Of a stretch of DNA of 54,950 bases, positions 1 to 13,693 are shown piece after piece. This DNA comes from Hydrurus foetidus (lineage: Eukaryota): the NCBI GenBank assembly GCA_900617105.1, contig UYFQ01000324.1, positions 1 through 54,950 on the forward strand. The letters are read 5' to 3'. A program made the translations under genes and the position numbers. The stretch's first letter is position 1, and every line of letters starts with the position of its first letter. Below the pieces are notes generated by a model, which saw only the letters and a list, made by a program, of their open reading frames with translations, ran no database searches and was not told the origin of the DNA.

Positions 1-293
1 TGTAACGTAATGTAATCATGTAGGAAATGAAAATGACTTTCGCTGGAAATTCACAAAAGTGGTGAGTACTCCTGTTCTATTTGCCTGCCTGCTTGCAGAG
101 AAATGTTTTTATCCGGATTTTGGTAACTGTAAAATTAAATTTCGCTTCTGATGGCTTAGGGTCGCTTCTTCCTGGAGTTGTGTGAAAGTAAATTTCACCC
201 GCCATGAGAATGCCACGCAAGACATGGGTGCGAATAGCAAGTTGTTTCAGAGAAGACTGACCAGATGCTTTGCAATGACTACAGCCCACACAA

Positions 294-3200
294 TCAGAAC
301 CCTATCATGTGGCAGGCACAGCCCTGGAAATAGTCCGACACGTTCCTCAGCAAGGGGGGACTGTCGACTTTATTTATCTGTCATTCATACCGCACAATTG
401 ACGTAGGATATAAGCGCACGAAAGAAGACAACTGAGCGAACACGCAGGAATGCTTCCAATCAAGTATGAAGCACTAGCTCTGCTCTGCATCAAAGCATGA
501 CATGACATAGCATGGCATTATCCAGAGCAGAGCAGAGCAGAGCAGAGCAAAGAGAAGCATAGTGTGACTTCCACTCTACCTTGTACTGCTCGTCCTGTTT
601 CTTCAACTCCTCGTAGCCCTTCCAGCTGCAAGTTGTGTTTCGAGTTTTGGTCGCATTAAGGCACAAGAACTCCCCATCGACTGCACAGTGCATCGGAGAA
701 AGAGAAGTGGAAATTATGTGAAAATGTGCGATGCAGTAGTCAGATATGTCATGCATTGATTTGATGTCTAATGCTTGACATTAGCGATAGAAATGTGCTA
801 ACTAGGTCCAATCGCATTATGTGTTCCAATCGCTAGCTGTTGAAGTTGCCCTAACACCCATATCCAGTCCCCCTTCTCATCCTCACCTCGCACTATTTCG
901 CTGTACCTCCTTCTCGCGTAGTTGTGGTAGCCAATGAAGTCGTATCCGGAGTAAGAGTCCGCCTCTATTTGTCTTTCAAACACGGCGGGTACTGTCCGTA
1001 CGTACATTCGGTGACAGGAAATGATGAGATGACAAGTCTGCAAGGGATTGAGATGGAGTAAAATGTCCTACATGACAGATGATACTATTTGATGAGATGC
1101 AACTCGTACTTATGTATGATGTCTATTACTGTATATGATGTCCTGCAATGTGACATAATGTGATGTGACATAATGTGATGTGACATGATGTGATGTGACA
1201 TGATGTCATATGACATAATGTGATGTGACATGATGTGATGTGACATGATGTCATATGACATAATGTCATATGACATAATGTCATATGACATAATGTGATG
1301 TGACATGATGTGATGTGACATGATGTCATATGACATAATGTGATGTGATATGATGTGATGTGACATGATGTGATGTGACATGATGTGATGTGACATGATG
1401 TGATGTGACATAATGTGATGTGACATAATGTAATGTGACATGATGTGATGTGACATGATGTCATATGACATAATGTCATATGACATAATGTCATATGACA
1501 TAATGTGATGTGACATGATGTGATGTGACATAATGTGATGTGACATGATGTGATGTGACATGATGTCATATGACATAATGTCATATGACATAATGTCATA
1601 TGACATAATGTGATGTGACATGATGTGATGTGACATGATGTCATATGACATAATGTCATATGACATAATGTGATGTGACATGATGTGATGTGACATGATG
1701 TGATGTGACATGATGTCATATGACATAATGTCATATGACATAATGTGATGTGATATGATGTGATGTGACATGATGTCATATGACATAATGTCACATCACA
1801 TCATGTCATATGACATAATGTGATGTGACATGATGTGATGTGACATGATGTCATATGACATAATGTCATATGACATAATGTGATGTGATATGATGTGATG
1901 TGACATGATGTGATGTGACATGATGTCATATGACATAATGTCATATGACATAATGTGATGTGATATGATGTGATGTGACATGATGTCATGTGACATGATG
2001 TCATGTGACATAATGTGATGTGATGTGTTGCGATATAATATAATGTGATATGATGCGACACGGAACGATATGATGTCAAACGATCTCATCTTGTGCGATG
2101 CCGTGACATGAAGGACCTCACAAATAGAAATGATCACAGTAGAAATGAGACTTCGCGGCAATTCACACAAATGGGCGATCATTATTAGTCAAGACTGCTG
2201 TGTCGCGCAATGAAGAAATTGACACACACATCTTTTACCTTCTGCCCTTGAATGCCCCTGCCAGTAGTGAGGGGCATTGTCGAATCCTATTTTATCTGTC
2301 TCTGTGGGCCAGAACAGATTCCCAGGGGAGGGGCCGTTGGTCCATAGAAGGGGTCGAAGCACTACAGTGGCTGTTCAGATGGATGCATGGGTGGTATGAA
2401 AGGGAAGGAGAGGGGAAAAGGGAGGTAGAGGGGGAGAGGAAGAAGAGGTATCGGTACGAACAGACAAGAAGCTGTAGAATAAATACAGTTATGCACGAAC
2501 AGGCAAGGTGGTATGATGTGAGAACCATAGGTTGAACCAGAAAATCGTACAGTTATTCGTAGAGTAATGAACGAGAGAATACCAATATGAGGATTATGGT
2601 AGGCACAGAACATGGCCCCAATAAAGAGCGTCAACAAGAGCAGATAGGGGAAGATAGATTCGGCTAAGTGACAGCTGTTTTCACTTCGTTGTCCTGTGCG
2701 TTTGGATTACAGTGAAATCATCGCAAGAATGACAGAGCGGAGCAGAGCAGATAACTTAAGATCAGAGTTCCAGTTAGGTGTGAGTGATTACAAAATGTAA
2801 AAACTAGAAGAATCAGCGAGAAAGATGGAATGCCACGTCTCATGCAATGACTCCGACTATGATAATGACAAGGCGTGATATCCTTCCCTCCCACTTACCT
2901 ACCTGGATGCTTCGTCCTCGCATAGTTGTAGTACAACTCATACTCAGATAGAGTGCTGCCTACTCCGCAAATGGCCGTCTTTGGTGCCTTACAGGTCATT
3001 TCCCTCGCACTGTGAGAACGAAAGACAGGAGAGGAAGGAATAGAGCATCAGCATAAATACATTTGTCTGAAAGGTGACGTGCTGCGAAGAGCACTTCCAA
3101 CCATCTGGTTCTCAGCGAATCAATCGCAATCCAAATCCAACACTATATGAACGGATTGCATGCAATAAAATGGAACTAGGGAGCTTAGCTGCGTGATGTA

Positions 3201-4332
3201 ATGACTATCTAATGACAATAAGACATCTATGTCTGTAATGAAGAATCATTTTCTCATTTTCAGAAAAATAACAGCAAACAGAACACTTTCCTCTCACGTG
3301 AATAGTAACTCCTCTAGAAAACGTATTAGATATAGAAGTTCCTTTCTCTTATCAAGTAGCACTCTCCTTGCGAGGCGATGGTTCCTCACCTCACGTTTAA
3401 CAACACCTGCCAGAACGGGATACCTCCGTGTAAATTCTGTGACACAGACATGAGGTCGTCTATAACACTTTTCACCACTACCATATGATGCACAACTCCT
3501 GTTGTGTCAAATTGTTATTGTGAGATTATTTGTCTGTAGATTGTCTGACCCTGACAGAAGGACGCACTACACTGCATTGACTGATCAAGTTAAAGATTGC
3601 AATGGTGAAGAATGACGAAGAAACAAAGAGGGAAACTAGAATAGGGTTACCTGATCGGTGAATTGGTCCTTCTAGAAGACCAACCCCTGATATTCTCTCT
3701 AGAGTTGCCAAGTAGGACGGATGATACTGAGAACTCGATGCGTAGTAATAGCTCTGCAAAGTAGAGCTGCAGTTTGAAGCGAATCGAATATCCTTAAACC
3801 ACACAACATCGGAATCAAGCAAGATATAGTTTGCAAGCCCGAGCACTTTTCCAGCATAGAGCTTCAACAACTGCTGCAGGAACCATCCGATTTTTCCCCA
3901 AACTGTTTTTTCGAAGGGTGATTTCCCATTGATCGGGTATAGACCCACTTCTTCCACTGTCCTTATCATGACCTCACTGACGTTCTTCCAAGTAAAAGGA
4001 AAAGAGGCCTCTCCAACAATTTTTATGCGGTCGGTGTACCAAGGTGATTTGGCAAATTTGATTCTCATATCATCGGGATTAGGAGTAACGATGTAATAGT
4101 TCCGAACATCTAAGAAATGATGTAGAGAACTTTGAATTGATTTCTCGAAAGCTAACAAGTCCTTCCCAGCGACAAGTATAACGGCATCCAGGATGCAGGG
4201 GTCAATAGATATCATCGAAGTATCCCCAATACTTGCTGCAGACGGTATGCCCCTGCACAACTTTGTAAATGAAAAGTTGTACATCAAAATGAACATATAA
4301 AATCGATAGCACGACGTGATGAAAGATGTCAT
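294..4332 (-). CDS. Secreted/membrane DUF6492-like (glycosyltransferase-like) protein, 7 exons
   Basis: Exons 4332-3651, 3498-3390, 3009-2903, 2370-2239, 991-887, 680-580 and 377-294 join in frame across GT-AG introns. Motifs: GWFLQQLLKLYA, LLDSDVVW (DxD), VVHHMVV, LSEYELYYNY; ends GCACHMIGF*. The N-terminus is hydrophobic and the start codon is uncertain. Confidence 0.7.
1148..2060. repeat. Intronic 5/15-bp minisatellite (ATGTGATGTGACATR and ATGTCATATGACATA units)
   Basis: Directly visible tandem array inside intron 992-2238 of the DUF6492-like gene. Confidence 0.95.
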
Positions 4333-4667
4333 GCCTAACAATCAGCTACAGCTTTCAACGCTAAAAGTGAGCATTAGTGACTGCTGGTAGAGACTGCGGA
4401 GGTGAGAGTGACTGTCCAACGAGTATATTTCACGGGTCAACAAAGTTGGGCAAATATTCGTTGAGACCCGACCGTTATTTTTTGGTGCGTCATTCACATG
4501 ATGGTAATCTGATATTATCTGATCTGGGATCATCTGATATCTCATCTCTGATCAGTCATAGAAATCTCTCACTCTTCGTTATGGACGCGACAACGTCCTC
4601 AGTTAAAGAGCAGTCAAGTGGAGCACTTCAATGAGATACGGACATCATACGTCCATCGCTACGGATA

Positions 4668-7600
4668 ATGTCATCTAGTGCGAATTGTTGCACTGATGTC
4701 CTGAGACGTCTGGTCGTCCAGAATCTTTCGTTATTTCTGTATGATGACGCGAAGTTTTATGCTGAGCGGCTATTTTACGAGGACCCACAGCCAGAGAATC
4801 TTCATCTGCTAGGTCAAACTTACTTCCGGCAAGGAAAAGTGAAGCAAACATATCTCATACTTCAACATTCAGAATGGGCAACGAACCGCTATCTTTTTGC
4901 TTTATCTTGCTTGAGCTTGGGCAAACTGAACGAGGCAGAGCGAGCTCTTCTATCACCGATGTCAGCAAAAGATTTCAAATCGCAGACAGTAGAAGTGAAA
5001 GATTTGGAGGCTATCCCAGGAGGAGCCGCAGGATTGTACTTACTGGGAGTTGTCTGTAGGAGGGAGCAAAGGAAAGAAGCTGCGATAGACTATTTCCAGA
5101 AGAGCTTGCGGCTCGATCCGGCGATGTGGGGATCGATTAATGAGCTCATCGGAATGGGTGTCACAGGTAACGCAGCAATCTCGTCGCGAAATCAGCATTT
5201 TTAGAGCTGACTTCGCAGAAATAACACCTGGAATTCTGCAGGCAAGCATTTCTTGCAAGTAATAAAAGTTTCTTACACGACTCATCGCTGCTCAGTAAAC
5301 ACAGCGCAGCTCTATGGAATGGACACAGCAATGGCGTTGAGATCTCTGTGTCGTGAGGAGCCGTCAGTCGCAATCAGTTCGGGATCATCATCGCAATCGT
5401 CCACAGCTTTGTATCAAGAGCCCGACAATGAGAACTGCGGAGTCAACAGTGCAAGCAGCGATGTAGAGCGGCATCGAGTAGCTATCATTGAGAGAAGGAG
5501 GATAGCGGAGAGTCTCTCTGATGCTTCTTCTTCTTCTCCTCGCACCGCTATGTCTCTGGGTCTCTCTTCGCTCTCCCTTAGGTACAGTACGAACATATTC
5601 TATCAATAACAGCTCTTCACATTCAGCTCAGCCTATAGCTATGGGACCAACAGTAGTACCTCCATCTTGCTGAAGTTTCCTATTGCGTAGTATTGAACTG
5701 AATATGATATATGACAGTGTTTGCGTGTGTTTCTTACGTGACATATGATGTAACTCCGTAGGATTCCATTTGCTACGCCTGGCAGTGTACCGTACGCCCT
5801 ACCCGTATTATCGGACTACTCCCTTGCAGGGCCTCGAACCGGAATTAAATCACGTCACCCCGAGACCCCCTTCATGGGCCACACCCCTGGGGACTTCATG
5901 GGGGAGTACAAGTTCGGAGACTACAGTGGACACACAGGAGGACATGGAGGAAGAGGGGGAGGGGGAAAAGGAGACGAGTCAGACTTCAGCCGATCTCTGG
6001 CTGACTTTGACGCAGACATGCGACCTAAGAGCGCTAGAGTGGCTCTGTTCGAGAAATCCCTCGCATCTCCCGGTCTGACTCCCATCGGGATGACCATGTC
6101 CAGTGAGGTATATTACACAACACCTGTTACTTGTACTCGAATTTGAGACTTGATTAAATTTGCCGTGTCCTTTTTGCCCTTTATGGATCTCTACTGTTCT
6201 CTTCCATCTTGTCACTCTCTCATTCTCTCGCATATTTGTATCCGGTGTTTTCCTCGCTCTATTTGCCTCATGAAATATCGCGTCCTCTTTGCTTTCGACT
6301 CATCTTGCCGTACTCACCCACTCCACAATGCATTTATGAATTCTCTACACTGTCCGAGTTATCTCAACTATTCTGCCTTCTCTTATTCTCCCCTCCCTCC
6401 CTCCCATTCTTGAGAATTCTCAGAGCTCTGGACTGACTCCGGCTTGCCAAGTCATGAACCTCAGATCGGGCCAAAGCCAAAGCCCTGGGGCAAAGGAGGA
6501 CCGGGCCACCCCCACCGCATTGTTCCCTGATTCAAATGACCCATCTAGTGTGGGTGTGAGATACGGTGAAGGAGGAAGGGGATCAGCCATAGAGGGGGGA
6601 GGGGGAGGGGGAGGGGATGAGTATCGCACAGGAGGAAGAGGTGTGTAACGTGCGTTGAAATGATCTCTTGCAGTCCGTACCTAGCCTTTCATATCCTGCT
6701 GCTCGAAGCACCCATGCGCCATGTATATCTTGCATCGTGTAGCCTGAGAAATCGCTAGTATTTACGTCATTCATTTGATCCCCTTAGTCCTTACGCAGGC
6801 AGATCCTTTCTTCTCAATACAGTCTAACACTAATTTATTACCATATCTTTAAAATTACTGTAAACCCGTAGCCCGAAGTGCCCAGCAGCCGAGAGATCGA
6901 GAGGGATCTGCACCAGGTCCACCCGCATCCAGCCAGCTGTTGGACCAAAGGGCACCGGCCGGTCTGCCCCCCAGGGTGGCTTTCAAAGACTCTAACGCAC
7001 CCACAGAAAGTGCGTGTTTGTGAGAGCAGTATTCCATTTTTATGTTTATCAGTGTTTCTACTAGGGTGTACAACTCATTCTATGTGATTGTCTGCAAGTA
7101 CAATTCCTCAGCCTCACTGAATGGTAAGCAGTGATCGCCTCCTCTCCTCATCCTTCCCTTCCCTCCCCTCCCCTCCCCTCTATATCTATCCTCTCTATCC
7201 TAGCAGCTGTCCCTGCACAGACGGGCAGCAGAAGGGTTTCTTTCGGTCCTACGGCTCGACTCTCCTTCTCGTCCCTGGGGAGGGGCATGGGAGGAACAGG
7301 GGCAGGCATATTCGGAGAGGTGAGTAGTTCTGATCCAATAAACTCTCTCTCTTTCTCTTTCCTTCTTTTCTATTCTATTCTCTCTTTCTCTGGGAAATTG
7401 AAAGTTTGATACTGAAGGTGATCATTTTATTTTCTTAGTCACCACTTTCATCCAGTCACCTCCCTCCCTCCTTTCCTTTTCTCATTTTCTTTCTCAGTTC
7501 ATTTTTTATCCCTCATAGTTGTTTCTCATTTTACCAGTCTTTCTATTATTAATTACGTTTCTCTTTCCCGTCCTTTATCTTGATTTTTAATGACAAATTT

Positions 7601-10600
7601 TACTCTTACCTTCCTTCTCTCTTCACTTCTGTAGGGTGAAGGAGATTTCGACACCCATTCGAAGAGTGCCTCCACAGTGGGGTCTCCTATCGGGCCCAGG
7701 GATGGTGACCTCAGGGATGAACACCCCATAAAGTTCCAGCGATGTCTAGACAGAGAGAGCGGCTCCAACAGAGATTTATTCTACAGGTCAGTCGATATAG
7801 AGTGTGGAGTGGAGGTGTGATAATCTTCATGTCAAGTTGTGATGTGATTTGAGGCAGGAAGATCATTCTATTACAAACAAATGTAGACCACCTTTCAATG
7901 CGCGGTCCCACTTACGAACCAACTCAACACCCTCACCACATCACCATTCATTACGAACATCCACATCTCATCACACTCTCATTTTTATTCCCAGGGACGT
8001 GTCCACCCCCGGTGACCCCTTCCAGTACGCAGACTCCACTAACGGTGCGGACCCAGACACTCCGTATGTACGGGGGTACTCCAAGAATGGGGTGCAAGGA
8101 CCGGGACCGGATCAGAGAAGAAGGGAGATGAAGGCTGATGGAGGTGGGCAGATGTGCTTCTGATTTAGTAGGGCTGGTGTCCGACTCCATTTTAGGAGTC
8201 GGACCGGACAGTCGGACGAATCGGTACAAATCGGTCGGACGGTTCGACTATTTCGGACAGTCGGACAAGTCGGACAAATTCACTTAATTTCATTACAGTT
8301 ATGGCACAGGCTGTCTGATTTGATCCGTTTGCAGTTTATAATGTGCAGGATGCATGCAAACTACAACCGGATCAAATCAGACAACGTCTGTGCCTTCATC
8401 GTAATGAAATTAAGTGAATTTGTCCGACTTGTCCGACTGTCCGAAATAGTCGGACATGAAAAAGAGAGTCGGTACGGACAGTCGGACATGTCCGACAAAA
8501 GTCGGACTCGGACACCAGCCCTATGATTTAGTCTTTTTTTCCCTTTTTTATCTTCTTTCTCCCTTTCTTTCTTCCTTTCTTTGTGTGATTCTTATATGCA
8601 CCTGCCACTTATCTAATTTCGCTCCACTCTCTAATACAGATGGTGATGTGTCAGGAATCCATCATGGTTCCGAGTCCTACTCCCCCATACCCCTAGCAAA
8701 CACCCCCTTCCCTGGCGACAGAGAGGGTGCAGACTTTCTAAGCTTCAGCACTACAGTGGACAAGCCAGGGAGGGGCCAGGGAGAGGGTGAGGGGGGTGTT
8801 AGTGCAGGCAAGGAGGACGCTCAGCAGTACAGAACATACACGCGTACACACTCCTTCCCTCTGAAAGATGAGTATGACGTCAGCTCTTCCTTGAAGGAAG
8901 GGAAGGAAAGGAAGGACATACAACATGCATTCAGAGACAGAGACAGGGAGAGAGATATAGGTCACCCTCTAGGGGATGCGAATCATCCCCCTCAGCGAAG
9001 CAGCAGTAATAGTGGCAGCAGCAAGCATCTTAATCGTGCGGGCTCTGGATCGGATGATGCGGGAGTGGAGAGAACATTATCTCTGCTCACCGTGTTCACC
9101 AATGCGTATCAACTGCTGTGCTCATTTCGGTGCAGAGAGGTGACTCACACTGTACCCTTTCTGCTCGCAAGCGATCTTCCTCTGTCCTTTATTTGCCTCT
9201 AACACACTGTGGCTAGTCGCCAATGTGAATGTACTTTGATAACTTAACAATTATCCCTCACAGAAACTTTAAATATGTCGCTCCATATTTTTGAAATCAC
9301 TATGAAAACTTTTCGAACCATGATAAAGGCACGCTTTTCGATAAAATGTTGCTACCTCCTGCTCTCCTCCCCTCCTTTCAATGATGACTCACTACCTCTC
9401 AATCGATGCACTTCTCCTCTCTCTCCCACAGTGTGTGGCCCTCCTCCACAGACTGCCTCGTCAGCACTACCTCTGTGGGTGGGTGCAGCACATGCTGGGC
9501 AAGGCGTACTGCGAGGTCAACGAGTACCAACCTGCAGCTCTCGCTCTGAGGGAGGTGAGGGACGTTGCGATGCGCCTTACTCTTTCATCTTGCCATGATA
9601 GAGCATCATAGGACCTGCAGAAGAGTGGGCATGCCATGCTATGCTGTACTATACTGCTTTGTGTTTTAGCACCGCGTAGGCTCAATGCTACCATGCGTTG
9701 CAGTGTGACCCCCCTCTCTCTCCTATGAGTGCAGCGTGTGGAATACACAGTGCGCATTTATAACGATCATCTTCCACTCCCACTCCTTACGCCTAACGTC
9801 TCCTGACTCCTCCTATCTTTCGAGCATACTTCACTCTCATCATCTCCCCCTCTCCCCTCCTTCTCTCTTCTCGCTCTCTAGATGCTGCGACTGGAGCCGT
9901 TCAGAGTGCAAGGCACGGAGACTCTCTCAACCGCTCTGTGGCACCTGAAGAAAGACAAGGAGCTGTGCTCTCTGGCCACACAGGTCACATCTGACATATT
10001 GAATATGTTCCAATACTATTCATTAATCAATCTTACATATGTACTCCAGTTATTTTGATGAAATTTATCAGATGAAATCTAAATTTTCCATCTATTTGGA
10101 TGGTATATATGATATGTACAGAACGTCCTACTTATCTTACGCAGTTCACACTCTATTTCTTCCATGTATTAGGTTGTTGAAGTGGACATTCACTGCCCTC
10201 AGACGTGGTGTGTGGTGGGGAACTGTTTCTCTTTGCAGAAGGAACCCGAAGTCGCTCTCAAATATTTCTCGCGAGCACTGCAGGTTGGTAGAGAGGGTGT
10301 TGCGATGTGACGTGTTTGTAGGTTACAGTGTGATTTGGTGAAGTCTGTCGCGTTGCATCGTGTTGTGCTGTGCTGTGTTGTGTTGTGCTGTACTTCGCTG
10401 TGCTGTGCTTCGCTGAGTAGTGTTGCATCTTGAAACGCTGTGCTCTGTTGTTCTGTGTTGTGTTGTGTTGTGTTGTGTTGTGTTGTGTTGTGTTGTGTTG
10501 TGTTGTGCTGTGTTGTGCTGTGTTGTGTTGTGTTGTGCTGTGTTGTGTTGTGTTGTGTTGTGTTGTGTTGTGTTGTGCTGTGTTGTGTTGTGTTGTGTTG

Positions 10601-13080
10601 TGTTGTGTTGTGTTGTGTTGTGTTGTGTTGTGTTGTGTTGTGTTGTGTTGTGCTGTGTTGTGTTGTCTTGTGTCGTCTGTGCGTGTGTTGGCTTGTTGTG
10701 TGTTGTCTTGTGCTGCCTTGTCATGTCATGTTGTGTCTGTGTTGTGTTATGTTGTGTTGTGTTGTGTTGTGTTGTGTTGTGCTGTGTTGTGTTGTGTTGT
10801 GCTGTGCTGTGTTGTGTTGAAGTTGTTAGTATGTTGTGTTGTGTTGTGTTGAATTGTGTTGTGTTGTGTTGTGTGTTGGTTGTGTTGTGTTGTGTTGAAT
10901 TGTGTTGTGTTGTGTTGTGTTGTGTTGTGTTGTGTTGTGTTGTGCTGTGCTGTGTTGAATTGTGTTGTGCTGTGTTGTGTTGTGTTGTGTTGTGCTGTGC
11001 TGTGTTGAATTGTGTTGTGCTGTGTTGTGTTGTGTTGTGCTGTGCTGTGCTTCGCTGTGTAGTGTTGCATCTTGAAATGCTGTGCTCTGTTGTTCTGTGT
11101 TGTGGTGTGATCAGTTTCAGAACGTTGACGCGCATGGCGATATCGTTTACAGTATCGTATCCCATTTATTGCAGCGGAATCTACTTCCTACTGCGCAACA
11201 CCACTCAACTTATTTTAGCTAATCTGATTACCTGTACCTCTCTTTCTACATCACCCCACCCCACAACCACTTTCAGTTCACGGAACTTTGATCGATTAGT
11301 TTTCTGTACCTCACCCCATGTAACACTTCAACAACTACTTGAACAACCTGGTGTCGTTCAGATCGATCCCACCTTTACGTACGCACACACGTTGTACGGA
11401 CACGAGCTGGCCAACAACGAAGACCTGGACAAGGCTGTGCAGTCATTTCGCAACTCTCTCCTGAATGACGACAGACACTACACTGCATGGTATGCCCCTG
11501 ACTACGAGTGTGTGTGTGTGTGTGTGTGTGTCTACTATTGAGACCGTCATCGGACTGACTTCCTCACCGACCTGATGCATCCACCCCTCACTTCTTATCT
11601 TGTCCTATCCTATCTAATCTTATCTTATCTTATTTTATCGTCCCATTGTAGTTCCTCTGTCTCCACGCGATCCTGCAACATAATAATTATCATCTTCTTC
11701 ATCTTCATCTTCATCTTCGCTACTGTAGGTATGGTCTTGGCTCCATATATTTCCGTCAAGAAAAATACGAGATGGCAGAATATCATTTTCGACGAGCACT
11801 AGCGATCAACAGTGTTAGTAGCGTTCTTCGGTGCTACCTCAGCATGGCTTTACACGCTCAGAATGACGACAACAAATCCTTCGAGGCTCTCGATGTCCTC
11901 ATACAAGCATGCAAAGTAGATCCTAAAAACCCTCAAGTAAGCGTTATTATCATGTTCTTTCATTTTAGTTCTCACTTCTCCATGCGTGTGTCCGTCTTCT
12001 ACCCCTGAATTGATTGAATCTTCAATGTCTGACGTCCTTCAAAATCTGTTCGATTAGTGGGCCATTCTACAGCTCAGAATCTTCAATTCAAATATTGGGT
12101 GTATGTCCCTATCTCCTATACTCCTTCCTTCCTTCCTTCCTTCCTTCCTTCCTTCCTTCCTTCCTTCCTTCCTTCCTTCCTTTCTTCTACACCTATCTTC
12201 ACTGTTTTAAATCTTCCCTCCTACTTTCCCTCCGTCTGTTCTCCTCCACTCACATCTCCCCTCTCATTACCCTATCACTCCTCAGTTGCAGTATCAGCGC
12301 GCCCATGTGCTGGTTGCTCTGGACCATTACGAGGATGCCGTTGAAGCACTTGACCTCGTACTCACCCTAGCACCCAAGGAACCACCGGTATACTCCCTAT
12401 TAGGTATGACATTCCTCCAGAGCAGTGTGGCTGTAGTCAACACTGGTGGACTTACTGATAAGGAGCGTAGAGTAGATGGGTGAGGGTACAGCTGTAAAGT
12501 GCTGTAGCTGTGTATGGCATAGATGCATGATGTGTATGCATGACGTGAGCCAGTTCCATTCTTATTCGAAGAAAAGAAAAGAAAAGAAAAGAGGAGAAAG
12601 GAGAGAGGAGAGAGGAGAAGTCCATCTGATGTTGCCCATTGCCGCCACTTTTCGCTGCACAACCTCCTCTCCATTGCATGCCATGATACGATCTAATGCT
12701 ATCCCATTAGTGTCTTCTAACCAAGTATATTTACATCGTGTGCGCCCTGCCCTGCCCTGCCCTGCCCTCATTATGAGTCGCTGAGAGACTTGTGCTCTAC
12801 GTGAAGTACTTCACCACATCATGCACATACATCCCATCGTTATCAGCGTTGTTGCCACCCATTCTGTAGGTCAAGTGCACCGAACTCTGGGTAACTCTGC
12901 GGAAGCGTTGAAGTATTTCGACATTGCGATTTCCCTGGACCCCAAGGAGGGAACCGCTCTGAAGGTATGTCAGATCCAGGATTCCTCCTCACTGCTGATG
13001 ATCTCTGTGTGTTTGTTGCAGAGAGGGACAGTGCGTGAGAGAGAGAGAGTTGCTCTAGTGTGTATAAATCTCTGTGTATC

Positions 13081-13120
<40 letters not shown>

Positions 13121-13402
13121 GTTTAGATGATTATCGAACTGGAATTACATTTTATTTTATGAGTTCATGCTTGAAATGTTGGTGACCTCAACTGCATGCG
13201 TTATCGTGTGCGTTACGACCTCCAATATATCGTCATGCTATGAGTTGTTCCCTGATCATCATTACTCATCAAAACTCGTGCTTTAATACACTCCTCCTCA
13301 TCACACTCCGTTTCATCTCACTCTTTGTGTTCCAAGGCGATAACGGAATTCATGGAAGAGCCATTGGAAGTGGATGGCGTTTTAGAGGGGTATTTAGATT
13401 AG
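4668..13402 (+). CDS. CDC27: Anaphase-promoting complex subunit 3 (CDC27/APC3), about 17 exons
   Basis: N-terminal ANAPC3-type TPRs (DAKFYAERL, LLGQTYFRQG, RYLFALSCL). C-terminal TPR exons include GWVQHMLGKAYCE, ETLSTALWHLKKDKEL, PQTWCVVGNCFSLQKE, DPTFTYAHTLYGHE, RHYTAWYGLG, AEYHFRRALAIN and APKEPPVYSLLG. The last exon is 13337-13402. Boundaries in the low-complexity middle region are approximate. Confidence 0.93.
8169..8523. mobile_element. hAT-type MITE (355 bp) in a CDC27 intron
   Basis: 16-bp TIRs TAGGGCTGGTGTCCGA...TCGGACACCAGCCCTA; perfect 8-bp TSD TGATTTAG (8161-8168 and 8524-8531); many GTCGGAC subterminal motifs; long internal inverted repeat. Confidence 0.92.
10360..11104. repeat. 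Intronic (GTGTT/GTGCT)n pentanucleotide microsatellite
   Basis: Directly visible; lies in the CDC27 intron at about 10284-11361. Confidence 0.95.
12124..12181. repeat. (TTCC)n microsatellite in a CDC27 intron
   Basis: Directly visible tandem repeat. Confidence 0.9.
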
Positions 13403-13693
13403 TGTCACGTACAGTAAATGGCAAAGACAACGCGATAATACAAAACAGAACAGAGCGGCCGTGGAATAAATAAAATAATAATCACTGAACCTTTCAGTCA
13501 AAAAAATGTTTCTTTTTTCGCAGCATTGGCGGTCACTTACTAACTCCTACAGGCTACTGGGGTTGAAATAATACGTCCTGGTAATATTCGTGATGCGGAA
13601 TCCGTATTGAGCGTACACACTCAATTTAGGCGACGGATTTGACTCCGTGAAAAGAATGTAAGTGTGGATAATAAATAATTAATCTGAAACTCA

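Noticed and set aside
77..289. 70-aa ORF as the last exon of the DUF6492-like gene
   Set aside because: An in-phase exon at 377-294 gives a more plausible Cys-containing C-terminus and stop; this ORF would then be in the 3' UTR.
1085..2182. Long ORFs with SHHIM/CHITL repeats
   Set aside because: They are translations of an intronic minisatellite that lacks stops in several frames; the host gene splices across it.
10323..11360. ORFs with VVLCC/QHNTT repeats
   Set aside because: Microsatellite artefacts; only the last part of ORF 10420-11541 (from about 11362) is a real CDC27 exon.
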